Assembly: GCA_009602735.1 (NCBI GenBank)
Contig: WELA01002297.1
Span: 216,161 to 271,806, forward strand
DNA: 55,646 nucleotides
Reading direction: 5' to 3'
DNA from: Mesotaenium endlicherianum
Taxonomy: Eukaryota
Numbering within the stretch: the stretch's first letter is position 1; each line of letters begins with the position of its first letter. Shown here piece after piece: positions 41,801 through 52,887 of this stretch. A program made the translations under genes and the position numbers. The notes beneath the pieces were generated by a model. The model saw nothing but the letters and a program-made list of their open reading frames with translations, had not been told where the DNA came from and searched no databases.

Positions 41801-44348
41801 GCCTGCATCACGGGCAACGACGTCATTAGCGATATCTCGCAGGTGCTCAACTGCGCCGCCGACATCGTCTACTGCTCGTGAGTTCTCTGCCCCCTCCCCT
41901 CCCTCCCCCTATTGCTGCTGCTGCAGGCCCCCTCCCTGCCCTCTCGTCTGGCCTTTTGTGGGTCCCCCTCAATGCTGCTTTCTGGACCCCCTTTCATCTT
42001 CCACGCCCTCGCGTGTCCCCCACCAATCGACCTCCCTCGGTGCACCCTCCCTGCTCTGCTCCTCTTCCTCCCCCTCTTCCTCCCCTTCTCCCTCTCCCTC
42101 TCCTTCTCCCTCTCCCTCTCCCTCTCCCTGCCGGAGAGCCCCTCCCTCCCTGTTGTTGTTCCCCTTGGCGTCCCGCATCTCCTCCGACTTCTTTCCTACT
42201 TTGTTGCTGCAGCTGCTGCGTATCTGGCCGTTTTTTCTGATGCCTTTGCAAAACCTCACCCCTTTCTGCTGGCAACCCTACGGCTGCAGTCAACGCATCT
42301 CAGGCGGCCTTCTTAAGATGGACCCCCTTCCTTTCAGAGGGTGCATTTCTGGCATTTATATGTATAGGAGGGTCTGTCTTCAGAGGCTGCTTGGGGGAAG
42401 GAAGTATGGTGACTCTCCCAACCGACTGGCAGAGATATGAGTTGCAGTCCCTCCAGATGGCGAGTAGCCGGCCCATCACCCGGTAGCGAGGGTAGGGCTT
42501 GGTTTTTGGGGGCCGGGGGCGGGGCGGGNNNNNNNNNNNNNNNNNNNNNNNNNNNNNNNNNNNNNNNNNNNNNNNNNNNNNNNNNNNNNNNNNNNNNNNN
42601 NNNNNNNNNNNNNNNNNNNNNNNNNNNNNNNNNNNNNNNNNNNNNNNNNNNNNNNNNNNNNNNNNNNNNNNNNNNNNNNNNNNNNNNNNNNNNNNNNNNN
42701 NNNNNNNNNNNNNNNNNNNNNNNNNNNNNNNNNGGGGGGGGGAGGGGGCAAGGAGGGGTAACGATGCGAGGAGGGAAGCATTCAAGAAGGTGACGAGAAA
42801 GCCCTCTGGGAGGCAGGTGCCGCTCAGCTGGCACGCTTTCTGTCCCGTACCTACCTGTGAGAGCGGGGGCTTGCTTTGTGATGTCCTCGTTGTTCTGGCG
42901 CTGGGGTGTCATGTGGCGCTGCTGGTGCTGGTGGCGGCGGCGGTGGTCCTGGCGTGGCGGACGGCGGGGCAACCTATCGCAGCGTATGCGCGTGCATGCA
43001 GGTACGCCCAGACACATGCACTGACGCCGCTACTTCCGGCTCTCTGCCCCTCTCTTCCTCTCAAGCCCCCGTTGCGTTGGCAGCCCCTTGGTACTCCATT
43101 CTTGCTCCCGGGAGAGCCCTATTCTGCACAGCCTGCCGGGTCTTTGGATCTGTGTAATATTTTCGACGCATCTGAGTAGGGGCAGGGAAGGGCCGGGACT
43201 CGTGTTGTCAAGATTCCGGAGATACGAGCTTTCTGTCGCCTCCCACGCAGCTTTCCCCTCTTGCGCTGATGGTCTGTATGCGTGGCTAAGGCTGTAGGGC
43301 ACGGGGTGCTGTACGGTTCAGGCGTGTTAGCGCCAGTTTTGAGATTTGAGGCCTTACACCTGTTCTGGCATGTGGGTATTGTGGCGGGGGTGGGGGCGCG
43401 GCGCAGACACAACACAAGGTGCAGATGGACAAGAGGGACGGCAAGTTTGGGGACGCGCCGGTGATGGCCCCCCCTCCCCCGCAGGAGATGCATCGCGTCG
43501 ACCATGTGCGTGTCGCTCCGGCACCACACCGAATGCCTGTTCTTATGCGATTGCTTGTGGCTGTGACAGGGTGACCCTTCGCAATAGCACTGCACTTCCG
43601 GTTCTTTGTATTTGATCTGATTTGACTTCTGGGAGGCCCTCCAAATGTGCCGTCGCAGTCGTTTACTCATCGTCCTCGTTGTGTTAATCATCGTCAGTGG
43701 CTGTGTTGGTGCAATTTGTTGCCGGCCGTGTCATCTCTTCTATTATGATTGTTATCCGTAAGGCGGCAGTTGCTGATCGAGTCGGGGAGCACATCTGCGC
43801 GTCTTTCCTCCGGAAAGATTGACTTTGCTGCTGAAATACGCTCAGCAAAAGGACGACTGCAGAACGATTACAGTCATATGAAGCTCAGCCTTGAGAATGC
43901 CAGGAGCCATGAAGCTTCTTAGGCTCGTCGTGGTGGCCATCTGTACAACGTGTGCCCCACGGTCGGGAGTTCCTCCCGATCCGCATTCGTGTGTGCGTGT
44001 CCCTGCTGGCTGATATTGCTCGTGTTCTACGAGCAACTTGCAGCTGCGTACAGCTCATCCATTATCGACACTGTCGCTCCCATCTCTCCTTTCTCCCTCT
44101 ATTCGTGTTCGTGTGCCTGTCCACCTGATGCTTGTGTGCAGGGCCAACTTCCGGTAGGTGGCTACCCGCCGGCTGGGTACCCCCCGCAGCAGGGATACCC
44201 TCAGCAGCCGCCACCTGGCTACCCTCTGCAGCCCGGCTATGCCCCTCAGCAGGGCTACCCCCCCCAGGGCTACCCTCCCCAGGGCTACCCTCCCCAGCAG
44301 CACCAAGGCGGAGGCTACCCTCCTCAGCCGGGGTATGGTTACCAGTGA
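35802..44348 (+). CDS. PLAC8-family Cys-rich protein with a C-terminal GYPPQ-repeat tail, about 270 aa
   Basis: Exons 35802-35907, 36868-36889, 37442-37498, 39293-39374, 39764-39859, 41753-41877, 42983-43001, 43407-43505, 44142-44348; 813 nt in frame. The spliced protein (RKQYSNLWHTDLM..WCCFAVACPPCVSYMLRSRALYNDMSRYKCCAGYMPCSGNCGEQKCPEFCLGVEVFLCF..STRFLLQDQFNIQTSPCDNCIIGFMFVLQQVACIFS..YCSVCACMQTQHKVQMDKRDGKFG) matches the conserved plant PLAC8 subfamily. Confidence 0.92.
38087..38116 (+). repeat. (GGAATG)n hexamer microsatellite in a PLAC8 intron
   Basis: About five copies of GGAATG directly visible. Confidence 0.8.
39881..40708. other. Assembly gap (N run) flanked by C-runs, intronic
   Basis: N characters. 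Confidence 0.99.
42529..42733. other. Assembly gap (N run) flanked by G-runs, intronic
   Basis: N characters. Confidence 0.99.
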
Positions 44349-46216
44349 TGGGGTAGAGAACTGAGATTGCGAGCGAGAGGTAGGTAGTGACAAGGCCCTT
44401 GAGTTAGAAGACCCGTCGGAATCCGAAGGACCGTATCTGACCATGAGGAGCTGGCCTGCTGGAGTGATAGCCGGAGACTCGCCTGAGTGAATAAGTCGCC
44501 TGATTGGAGGCACGCACGAGTGGATGCACGCTTCTGGTTTGAAGACGTTGGGCGTTGCTGGTGCTGCCGTTCATGCTCATCATTGATATGGCTGGTAGGT
44601 CTCTGGACATGTGTGGTGGGGAATGGAGGATTCATTAGTCAGTCTTGTACGATGAAGGGAAATAAAACGTGTGGTGGAGGTGACAGAGGTGGTATAGGAA
44701 AATACATTTTAACTTCCGCTGTCTCTTGTAGTTCTACATCGAGCAAGCATGCATTCTTCTTGACAGAATTCATCGTGGTCATTGTGGAATAGAGTAGTGC
44801 AGCGGTCCAACCAGTTGAAGGAGCAGTTACCCTGTGCTTATATTTACCTCTTTTTCCTTTAATTTGCTTTGTTCTTACTCGGACATATAGGGTGGCGCTC
44901 AGTGACATGCCCCATCAAGTTGATTCTAGCTAAAGCAGTGGAGAGTGAGTCTTAATTGAGGTTCTTTGGATGCAAATGTTGCCGCTCCAAGTTTCTTTGT
45001 GACCTCTTATTCCAGGCGGAGACCAGGCTGGTGAGCCTTAGGCGTGTGACGCTAAGTGGCCGTCGTAGAATCTGACGATTACCCGCATTTTAAGATACAA
45101 TTGACAAAATTGGTAGTACATGACCCCGTGAGAAGGGTATGGAGTGACCCCCAAGCACGGTGGATGTGAAGGTAGTTTGAATCTCCTTGTGCAAATTCCA
45201 CATTTTCTGAAAGATTGCAGTACTTGTCATAGTACACAGTACTCTAATCTCACCAACTACTGTGCAGATTAGGCTAAGGAAACCATGATGGAATGATTCT
45301 CTATGGGTGGATAGATTGTACTCAAAACTGGTGATAACTATGTGCTGTGAATCAATTTTGATTGAAAAAAAACTGTACTACAGATTGCTGATAAGGCTAG
45401 AGTTGAAAAGGTGGTGGCTAAAGATTACGTGGACCATGTGTTCACTAAGTCGTCACCTTAGAGCAGCACGTGAGCAACCTGGTGTGTGCTGCACCGCCTA
45501 AGCATACAAGCATGCATGGCCCAATGTCATCATGTCTCCGCGGCGGTGCATGCAATTGGTCATTAATCTATTACATTCAGTGGGGGCTTGTGCCTGGTGA
45601 GCTGACAATTGCCAAGCGAGGAAGTGTGGGAATACCTGAATGGGTGGGTGCGGGAAGCAGGTTAATTCCTCACTACTGCATTGGCAGCGTACATCAATGC
45701 AAATGCATGTAGGCAGGTTCTAGAAGTTCTCATCGACACTCTCAACACGCGCTCAAGTCCCTTTTCACACCACACACTTCTATTTGGGCCAACACGTCTT
45801 CTAAGCCACAAAGCTTCAACTGTTAAAACCTAGGACAATGCTGAAGCTGATAATGCACACATGATGTTGATCACACATGCCCAGCCACTTCAATGGAGCA
45901 TCAATTCAAGCCGACTGCATAACAATCGGAAGTCCGTCAAAATTTATCCAACCTGATGAGCACAGCATATTGCAAATGCGCTCCTACCACTGAGGCTGCT
46001 GACACCTATGGACGTCTTCTTACTGAATGGGGTGCAGTATCGAGCTCAACACAACCTCTACAGTCGTGGCACTTTCCAGTCGAATGAGCGACGAACAAAC
46101 CGGGCGGGCAGTCGCAGCAAGATACAATATACTACAAGCCTGTTAGTACGAAGCCTACCCGCTCCAAGCATACAAAATCTTCCTCTCCTCCTAGTCAACC
46201 ACAAGAACAATTCCAC

Positions 46217-49200
46217 CTAGTCCTGTAAACTCTTGGACTGCCCGGCTGCTTCCGTAACAGCACCACCACCAGCACCAGTGGCAACAGAAGAACCAGCGTC
46301 AGTGACTGGTGGCTTGGAATTTGGAGCATCAGCAGGAGCAGCAGCTGTAGGCTTGCCACCAACTCCAGCGCCCCGTCCACCAGTCGCATTACCCACCTTT
46401 GCATCCCCTGTCCCACCCCCACCTGCACCAGCACCACCAGGAGCTGCAGCAGGATGTGGAGTAGCTGGGGTTGCAGCAGCAGGGGGGGCCGGCCTAGGAA
46501 TAGCAGTCGCAATGGTAGAACGCTTGCTGCTGTCTCCAGCATTTTCTCCACCTCCACTGCTCTCTCCTCCTGTACTAGCATCGACGCCGCCATTCCCGCC
46601 GCTGCTGCTGCCAGCAGCAGCAGCAGCAGTAGCTGGAGCAGGAGGGGCATCAGTCGCTGCAGGAGGAAAAGAAGAAGACGGAAGGACGCTTCCTTCTTGA
46701 GGGCCTCGGCCGCTTCCTCGTCCCCTCCCCCCTCGCCCACGCCCTCTGCGGCCGCGCCAATAGCCTGCGCACTCATGCATAGAGACAAGCCGTGTCAACC
46801 AATCTGTAGTTGCAAAATCACTCGAGCGATTCCACTCCTGCAGCTCCTTGGCACACGGAGAGAAGGACGACAGCACGTTCAGGACGCGCCACCTCAAGGC
46901 CTGATGCCGCCCAGGCACACCCAACAACACTGCACATCTGTCTAGCACGTGACATGCTTGCAAAGGGCGGCAGCGGCCCTCCCAGCACGGCCATGGGCAC
47001 GCGGGACCACACCCACCACAATTCCGGTGCCTCGTGGGTAAGATGAAGTATCTGCTATGGCTTTGGGCCGCTGTAGACATGATTGAAGGTGTGTGCAGGC
47101 ATATGGGTACTTGAGCAAGTCTATGCACACAAGACCGCACACAGACACACACACGCGCGCGCGCGCGCGCACACGCACACGCACGCACACACACAAAGAA
47201 AATGCGCAGAAGCACGTGAGAGCGTAAACAAGATAATTTCATTCAGGCACGCACACAAGTTTGCCAGCCAATGATGCTTCGTGCCAAGTGAAGCTTACCT
47301 CGTCCCCCTCTGCCGCCTCCCCTTTCAGCATCGCCACCTGGCACCGCGTCAACGGACTCGCCAGATTCCCCACCTTCCCCGCGAGCGTTCACATCCTGAT
47401 TCTGGCCTTCAGCGTGAGCATTCCCACCTAATCCTGCACCACCTTGCTGTGCCCCCCTGTCGCCGCCACCACTGCTGACCCCATAGCCGTTCCCTGCGCC
47501 GTCACCATCAGTCTGTGCCTGTGTGCCACCTGGCGTGTTGTCGTCCCCTTCGCTTCCTGCCCCACCCCTGCCCCCCCCACCGTGTTGTCCTCTGCCCCTT
47601 CTTCCAGAGCCATATCCCCGGCCCCGCCCCCCACCGTGCCACCTGCCTCCCCTGGGGCCACCATCGACGCCTTCCAAACCGCCACCTGGCACACCCTCAG
47701 GAATGCCATCTGTGAGGCGAGCAGTTTAGCTGCCGAGCTGGCATCAGCATTTCGGGAGCCGCACCAGGAGCAGAGGCGTGGCAGCCTTACAAAGTAGTTT
47801 GCTATTTAAAACAAAAAAAATGGCTAGCATGGAAAACAGGCGAAAGAGCTAAAGAGAGCAAGAAGAGGAGATAAAAGATGCGCGCAGACCGTGTCTGCCG
47901 CCTCCCCCGTCGCCGCCTGATCTCCCTCTGCCCCGGCCCCGCGCACGCCCCGTGTGGTGCGGATGCTCTGCCAACGCCCACACGATGGAGCAAAGAGGGA
48001 GAGGAAAAGAGCATCAAGCGAGCGCAAACATTGGATCTCCTTTTGCATAATTTGTAATGGAGTGCATCTTTAGGTCTCAATTATGTTATCAACGAATTTC
48101 AAAAAGCTGAAGCAAAGAGAGAGAAGGAGAGCACGGTCATAAGCAAACAACACGCACGCAGTCGATCCAGTCAAGGGAAACAGTGGCAGGTCCAACTGCA
48201 GGTAAGCGGGCTGTTGCCGCCACGACAGCGACCGGCCTGCAGCCGAGCTGGCCGCACTTAAAGGAAGGGCAGAGCAACCCCAAAAGACTTAGTCTTGTAT
48301 CCTTCTGTTGGATAGGCAATGTCAGTCATTGCAGGTTCACATATGAAGGAATGTGCACACACACATAGAGAGCCGACCAAAATAAGCAGAAAAAAAATGC
48401 ATATTTATATTGGTACATGCACATCTGTGCAACACCTCTGCACACACACACACACACATGTACAAGTGTGGTCCAGGTAAAGAGTGAGGCTGCATCGTCA
48501 AGTTCACAAGGTGTGTCAAGGCAGACTGACCGTCGTCCAGGGTCAGGTCTGCGAGCGGCTGCACCATCTCATCGGGCAGTGGGGCCTGATACCTATGCCA
48601 CCGACAGAGGGAAAAAAAAAAAACATTACTTATCTTGAAAATCCAAATTCAAACTCAAGTACTAGGATTCAAGTACTACTTTTTCACATCCCCCCCGCAC
48701 AGGCGTTAGACAGCCTGCATGCGTCTCGGGACGCATCCACTCGCTTGGCCTTTCTCGGCCCTCATCATCTGCGCATGCAAAAACCCTTTCTATTGTCTAG
48801 ACCAGAACAGTGATACAAACCCGACTGCCCCAGTAAAACCGTCTACACCCCATCAGGGCAAGCTGCTCTCCCTAGCTCCGTCCGTAAGTACGAGAAGCGC
48901 AGCATGCGCGCAATACACATGCAAAGACACCCGTGCATTCGTAAGAAATTCCCGCACGTGCATATGCAAGGCACATACCTCGCACACAAGCACATGCACT
49001 TGACTCCGGGTGGTAGTCTGAGGCCCCCGCTTGTGGCTCACATACACGAGGAGCATCTAAGACACAAGGGAACGTCCAACAAACGTCGTGCGCGGGTTCC
49101 ACAAATTGGGCCGGTGTCATACCCGACGGCGGTGGTGTCCAGTTCCGCCTTGGACAGCACAATGGACACCACGGACACATGTCGCGTCGTCTCCAGCCTG

Positions 49201-51891
49201 TCAGATGCAGATCAAAGAGGGGATTAGCAAAAAAAACAAAAAAAACAAAAAACAAAAACGTACGATGCAAGGCACTTTGAACCACGCATCCGGTTCAGAG
49301 AACAAAAGAAGAACAGAAGACAAAGAAGGAGGATTTAAGCTCAAGGGCATACATACGAAGAATGCGGACATCAGAAGAAGCAGCACACGCGTGAGTAGCC
49401 TATTAGCAGTGCGGAGTCAAATGCTCCAGAGTTAGAAACGCGGGAAGAGAGGAATAAGCAGACATGTGCCGCAATACGAACAAGAGCGCGACACATCTGA
49501 AGCACATGAGGTATGGACCGTGTCCCAAATAAGGACCATGAAGACAAAGGAAGGGATAAGTCCGCAGCAGTCAGCATAAGATTGAGAGGTAGAAAAGAAC
49601 AGACATGAGACAGTAGGAAAAAAAACCACACAAACAGATGGTCGGGGGCACGTGCCATGAGAAACAATCACATCTGACGTGCTCCATAAACACCAACACA
49701 TGTGCTCCATGAATACGAACACTACTTACTTCCAGCAGCAGGCCCTCCCCGGGGCATACAGAACATTACGTAAGAAGGTGAGGAGGACAAGAGAATAAAA
49801 CATCTACAATAATGAAACGATTAAGCGTAGACGATAGGGCAGACTCACGGCGACAGGCCCTCCTCTAGGGGCATCCAGAGCTCCGTGTGATCGACAGATC
49901 CGAGGGTGGTCAGCTGATGCAGCCCATATATTCTCCTCTGCTCGTACATCCACCAGTTCGATAACTGAAGATTAACCCAAAATCAGACACCAGCACATGA
50001 CACGAAAGCAGACAAACAAATGTATACAGATACAAAATTGAGAGGGTAGAGGGCGGAAGAACAGCAGCACATGACCGGCTTCTGCTATATGAGGTGACAA
50101 AATCAAGCACATGGACACTCACCCATAGAGAAAGACACAAATATGCAAGTGTGTGGCCTCAAGTGCATAAAGTCATACCTGCATTACTTTGTGACTCCCC
50201 ACAAGACATGGGTGCAGTTTGGCACAACCCATGGGCCAACCCAAACATGGCGTCCACTCTCAGGGACAATGTCCCTCCTTCCCACCTCACCCAAACTTCC
50301 CCTACTCCCAAACCTCAAAGGCATCTCGGCCCACCCCCTGCACCCCCAGCGAGAAGGAAGAGGGGAGAGAGGCATGCTAACCTTGAGAATTTCAGCCACA
50401 GTGACAGTCTTGTTGATGGCTTTACCCATTGCCTTCAGCACTATCTTCTCCGCGCCCTTCTCCTGCGCATAGCAAACAACACAGCATACTTTGTCAGCCC
50501 ACACCAGCTCGTCAGCAGCGAGTGACACCTCAGCGCCAGCTCCTCCGCCATGTGGAGTCAAGCTTAAGAGAAGAACCCATCACCTCACAGCTCACCAGAA
50601 GCAAACTGTAAGCAGCAAGAAAGAGCACCAGCAGGCAGCAGCAACAACACAGCAGCAAGCAAGCAGCAGCGAAGGCTAAGAACGACAACGTGCGCCTCTC
50701 CCCCCTGCCCTTGACTTGACAACATGTTGCCACCCTGTGCATACCAAATTCTATTACACACCCACATTCTGACCATGAAGCTGTTGCAGCGCATCAAGTA
50801 TCCGTTGGTTCCTCACACAGGCTACGAGGCATTCAGGTGAACAGCCTAAACTCTGGCCACGGTCTCTATCAGGACTGCTACTACGCGCCATACTCAGACA
50901 CTAGAATGATTTCAACCAGAACGATTAAAGACCAGATGAAAGCTCCGGTCCCAAACGAGGTGTGAAGAAGGAGTTGTTGCTTGGTTGACGGCTGAACAAT
51001 TAACTGAGGTTTGACAAATGTGCCATGGTAATGATGCAGGAAGACGAACGTCGAACTTATAGACATGCAGTCTAAGTGACACATGGTCACTATTTGCTGA
51101 CTGAGGCATATGTATAAAGAATCTCTGGTATTTGGAGTCGGTTGTCAATAAGCAGTAGAACTATTGCAAGTCATGCCCACTGGTCTTATAGTGTATCTGC
51201 ATTAAAACCGGTCAATATAAATGTAATGGTAATCACTCAGGAGCACAATCACCTAACTTATTGAAATTAAAAGACTATAATTCAAAGTAAAAAAGGCTAC
51301 TGAATGCTAAGGAACCACTTTGACATTGGGACAGTATTTCAAATACTGTGTGTGTATGTGATGTTCTTTTAGACAGTGATGCTCTTTTTGAATATGTGAG
51401 TAAGAATGATTCACCCATGATAAAATCGCAATTCCTGGCATTCCTGCACCATCTGGGACTGCTAGCGGTGGCCACTTTGGCCTCGTAATGGCATCAGCAA
51501 ACACTGCCTTCTCTACCTTCCATCTAGCTCCCCTTCCTCTTCCCTCGCGACCACTATCAATGCAAGAAGCAGATATTGCTCTATCTGCCAACAGTTGGAA
51601 CCTGTGCGACTACTCACAATCTACAAAGGCTTTAAGCGTCGCAAGAATACCTTGAATTCCCACAGCATTCATTGTCCAACGTCCAAGGTAGTGGAAGCAA
51701 AGGCAACACTTTTGTCGTTCATGAAAGAACACATCACAATTTTATCCTTGACAAGCGACATATCTTACCTGCAGTAAGGTTGTGGCATAGACAATGTAGT
51801 TTCTCATCTTTCCCTGTGCTGTTATCCTAATTTCATTCTCGCCAACTGGTTCACTTGGCCTCGGCCTTTCCACTCTCTGATAACGATCCAT
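46217..51891 (-). CDS. ALBA: Alba DNA/RNA-binding protein (Rpp25-like long form) with RGG boxes and a Pro/Ala/Gly-rich tail, about 488 aa
   Basis: Minus-strand exons 51891-51769, 50462-50382, 49937-49849, 49197-49123, 48592-48531, 47967-47890, 47709-47299, 46764-46217; 1467 nt in frame. Protein: MDRYQRVERPRPSEPVGENEIRITAQGKMRNYIVYATTLLQEKGAEKIVLKAMGKAINKTVTVAEILKRRIYGLHQ..ELWMPLEEGLSPLETTRHVSVVSIVLSKAELDTTAVGYQAPLP, followed by RG/RGG repeats. Confidence 0.92.
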
Positions 51892-52887
51892 ACTGCGTCA
51901 ACGAGCCTAGACCTCGCCTGGCTAAAAATTACCAAGCGCTCCTTCCCAGCTGGTACTCTTACTAAGACTTGGTGTGGGACAGTGTGAACACCTGAAAGAT
52001 CAGCTTCACGAAACAAAATGCTCCACTACCTCCCACAAGTTGCACAGTGTCTACAAAGAAACAATGGATCAACTACACTGTACTAACGGTAAGCAAAGAG
52101 ACAATAATAAGGAAATCGCTTTCCCACCAGGGTGGAACTATATATATCCTGATTAACATTCTTTAGCCCCTGAAGGTTTCAAATCTGCGAGTTATTCCCT
52201 CTTCCCTACTACCAGCTTGTTTCACTCCATTGAGTCACCCGGATGGTCATGTGGCCTGGACTCGCGTGACGTGCTGTGTACATTGCTGGGTCATATGTGG
52301 TCATGCTCCCCACGCGGCTCATCAGACGCGCAGAAACAGCGCAGAAAGCCCTGCAATTTTCGTGAGAATATTTTTGTTGGTTATTGTCGCCAGTCAATGT
52401 TTTGGCTCCAACTCCACTGTTACTTTACTGAAACGGGACTGCTGATATATTTTCTGTAGCCATTGTATACTATATTTTAAAATCGAACGATATAGCCCAG
52501 AGGGCGGCAGAAACTCTGTTTGACCATAGTCTGACCCGATGCTCCGACAGTCAAAATGGTATCGTGATCAGGGGAGCCTGGTGGAGCTGGGTGGAGCAGG
52601 GTGGAGCCCTCCATTCATCCAAGTCAATCTGAGTGCACCGAAGCACTCCACTGTGAACGTACACACTTGACAGCCACTCCATGCTGGCATTGGCCGCAGT
52701 CATCAGTTAGGAAGGGTATAAAAAAGCTTGCTTTGTCGCGGTCTCACAGATTGGCTGCGGTATTACCTTGGAGCAGCAGAAGGCAAGTGGGAGTAGAAGA
52801 ATGTCGTAGGTTTAATCGCGCTCTGGGGGCCTGCCAGTCTGTTACTCTGCATAGTTTCCGTCTTCTGTTGAATAAGCGCCTTTCAGA

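Noticed and set aside
44142..44348. GYPPQ repeat ORF as a separate gene
   Set aside because: It splices in frame as the last exon of the PLAC8 gene, a family that commonly has such tails.
45952..45995. TGATGA...CTGA pair resembling a C/D snoRNA
   Set aside because: The boxes are too close together (about 40 nt overall) and there is no adequate stem or guide.
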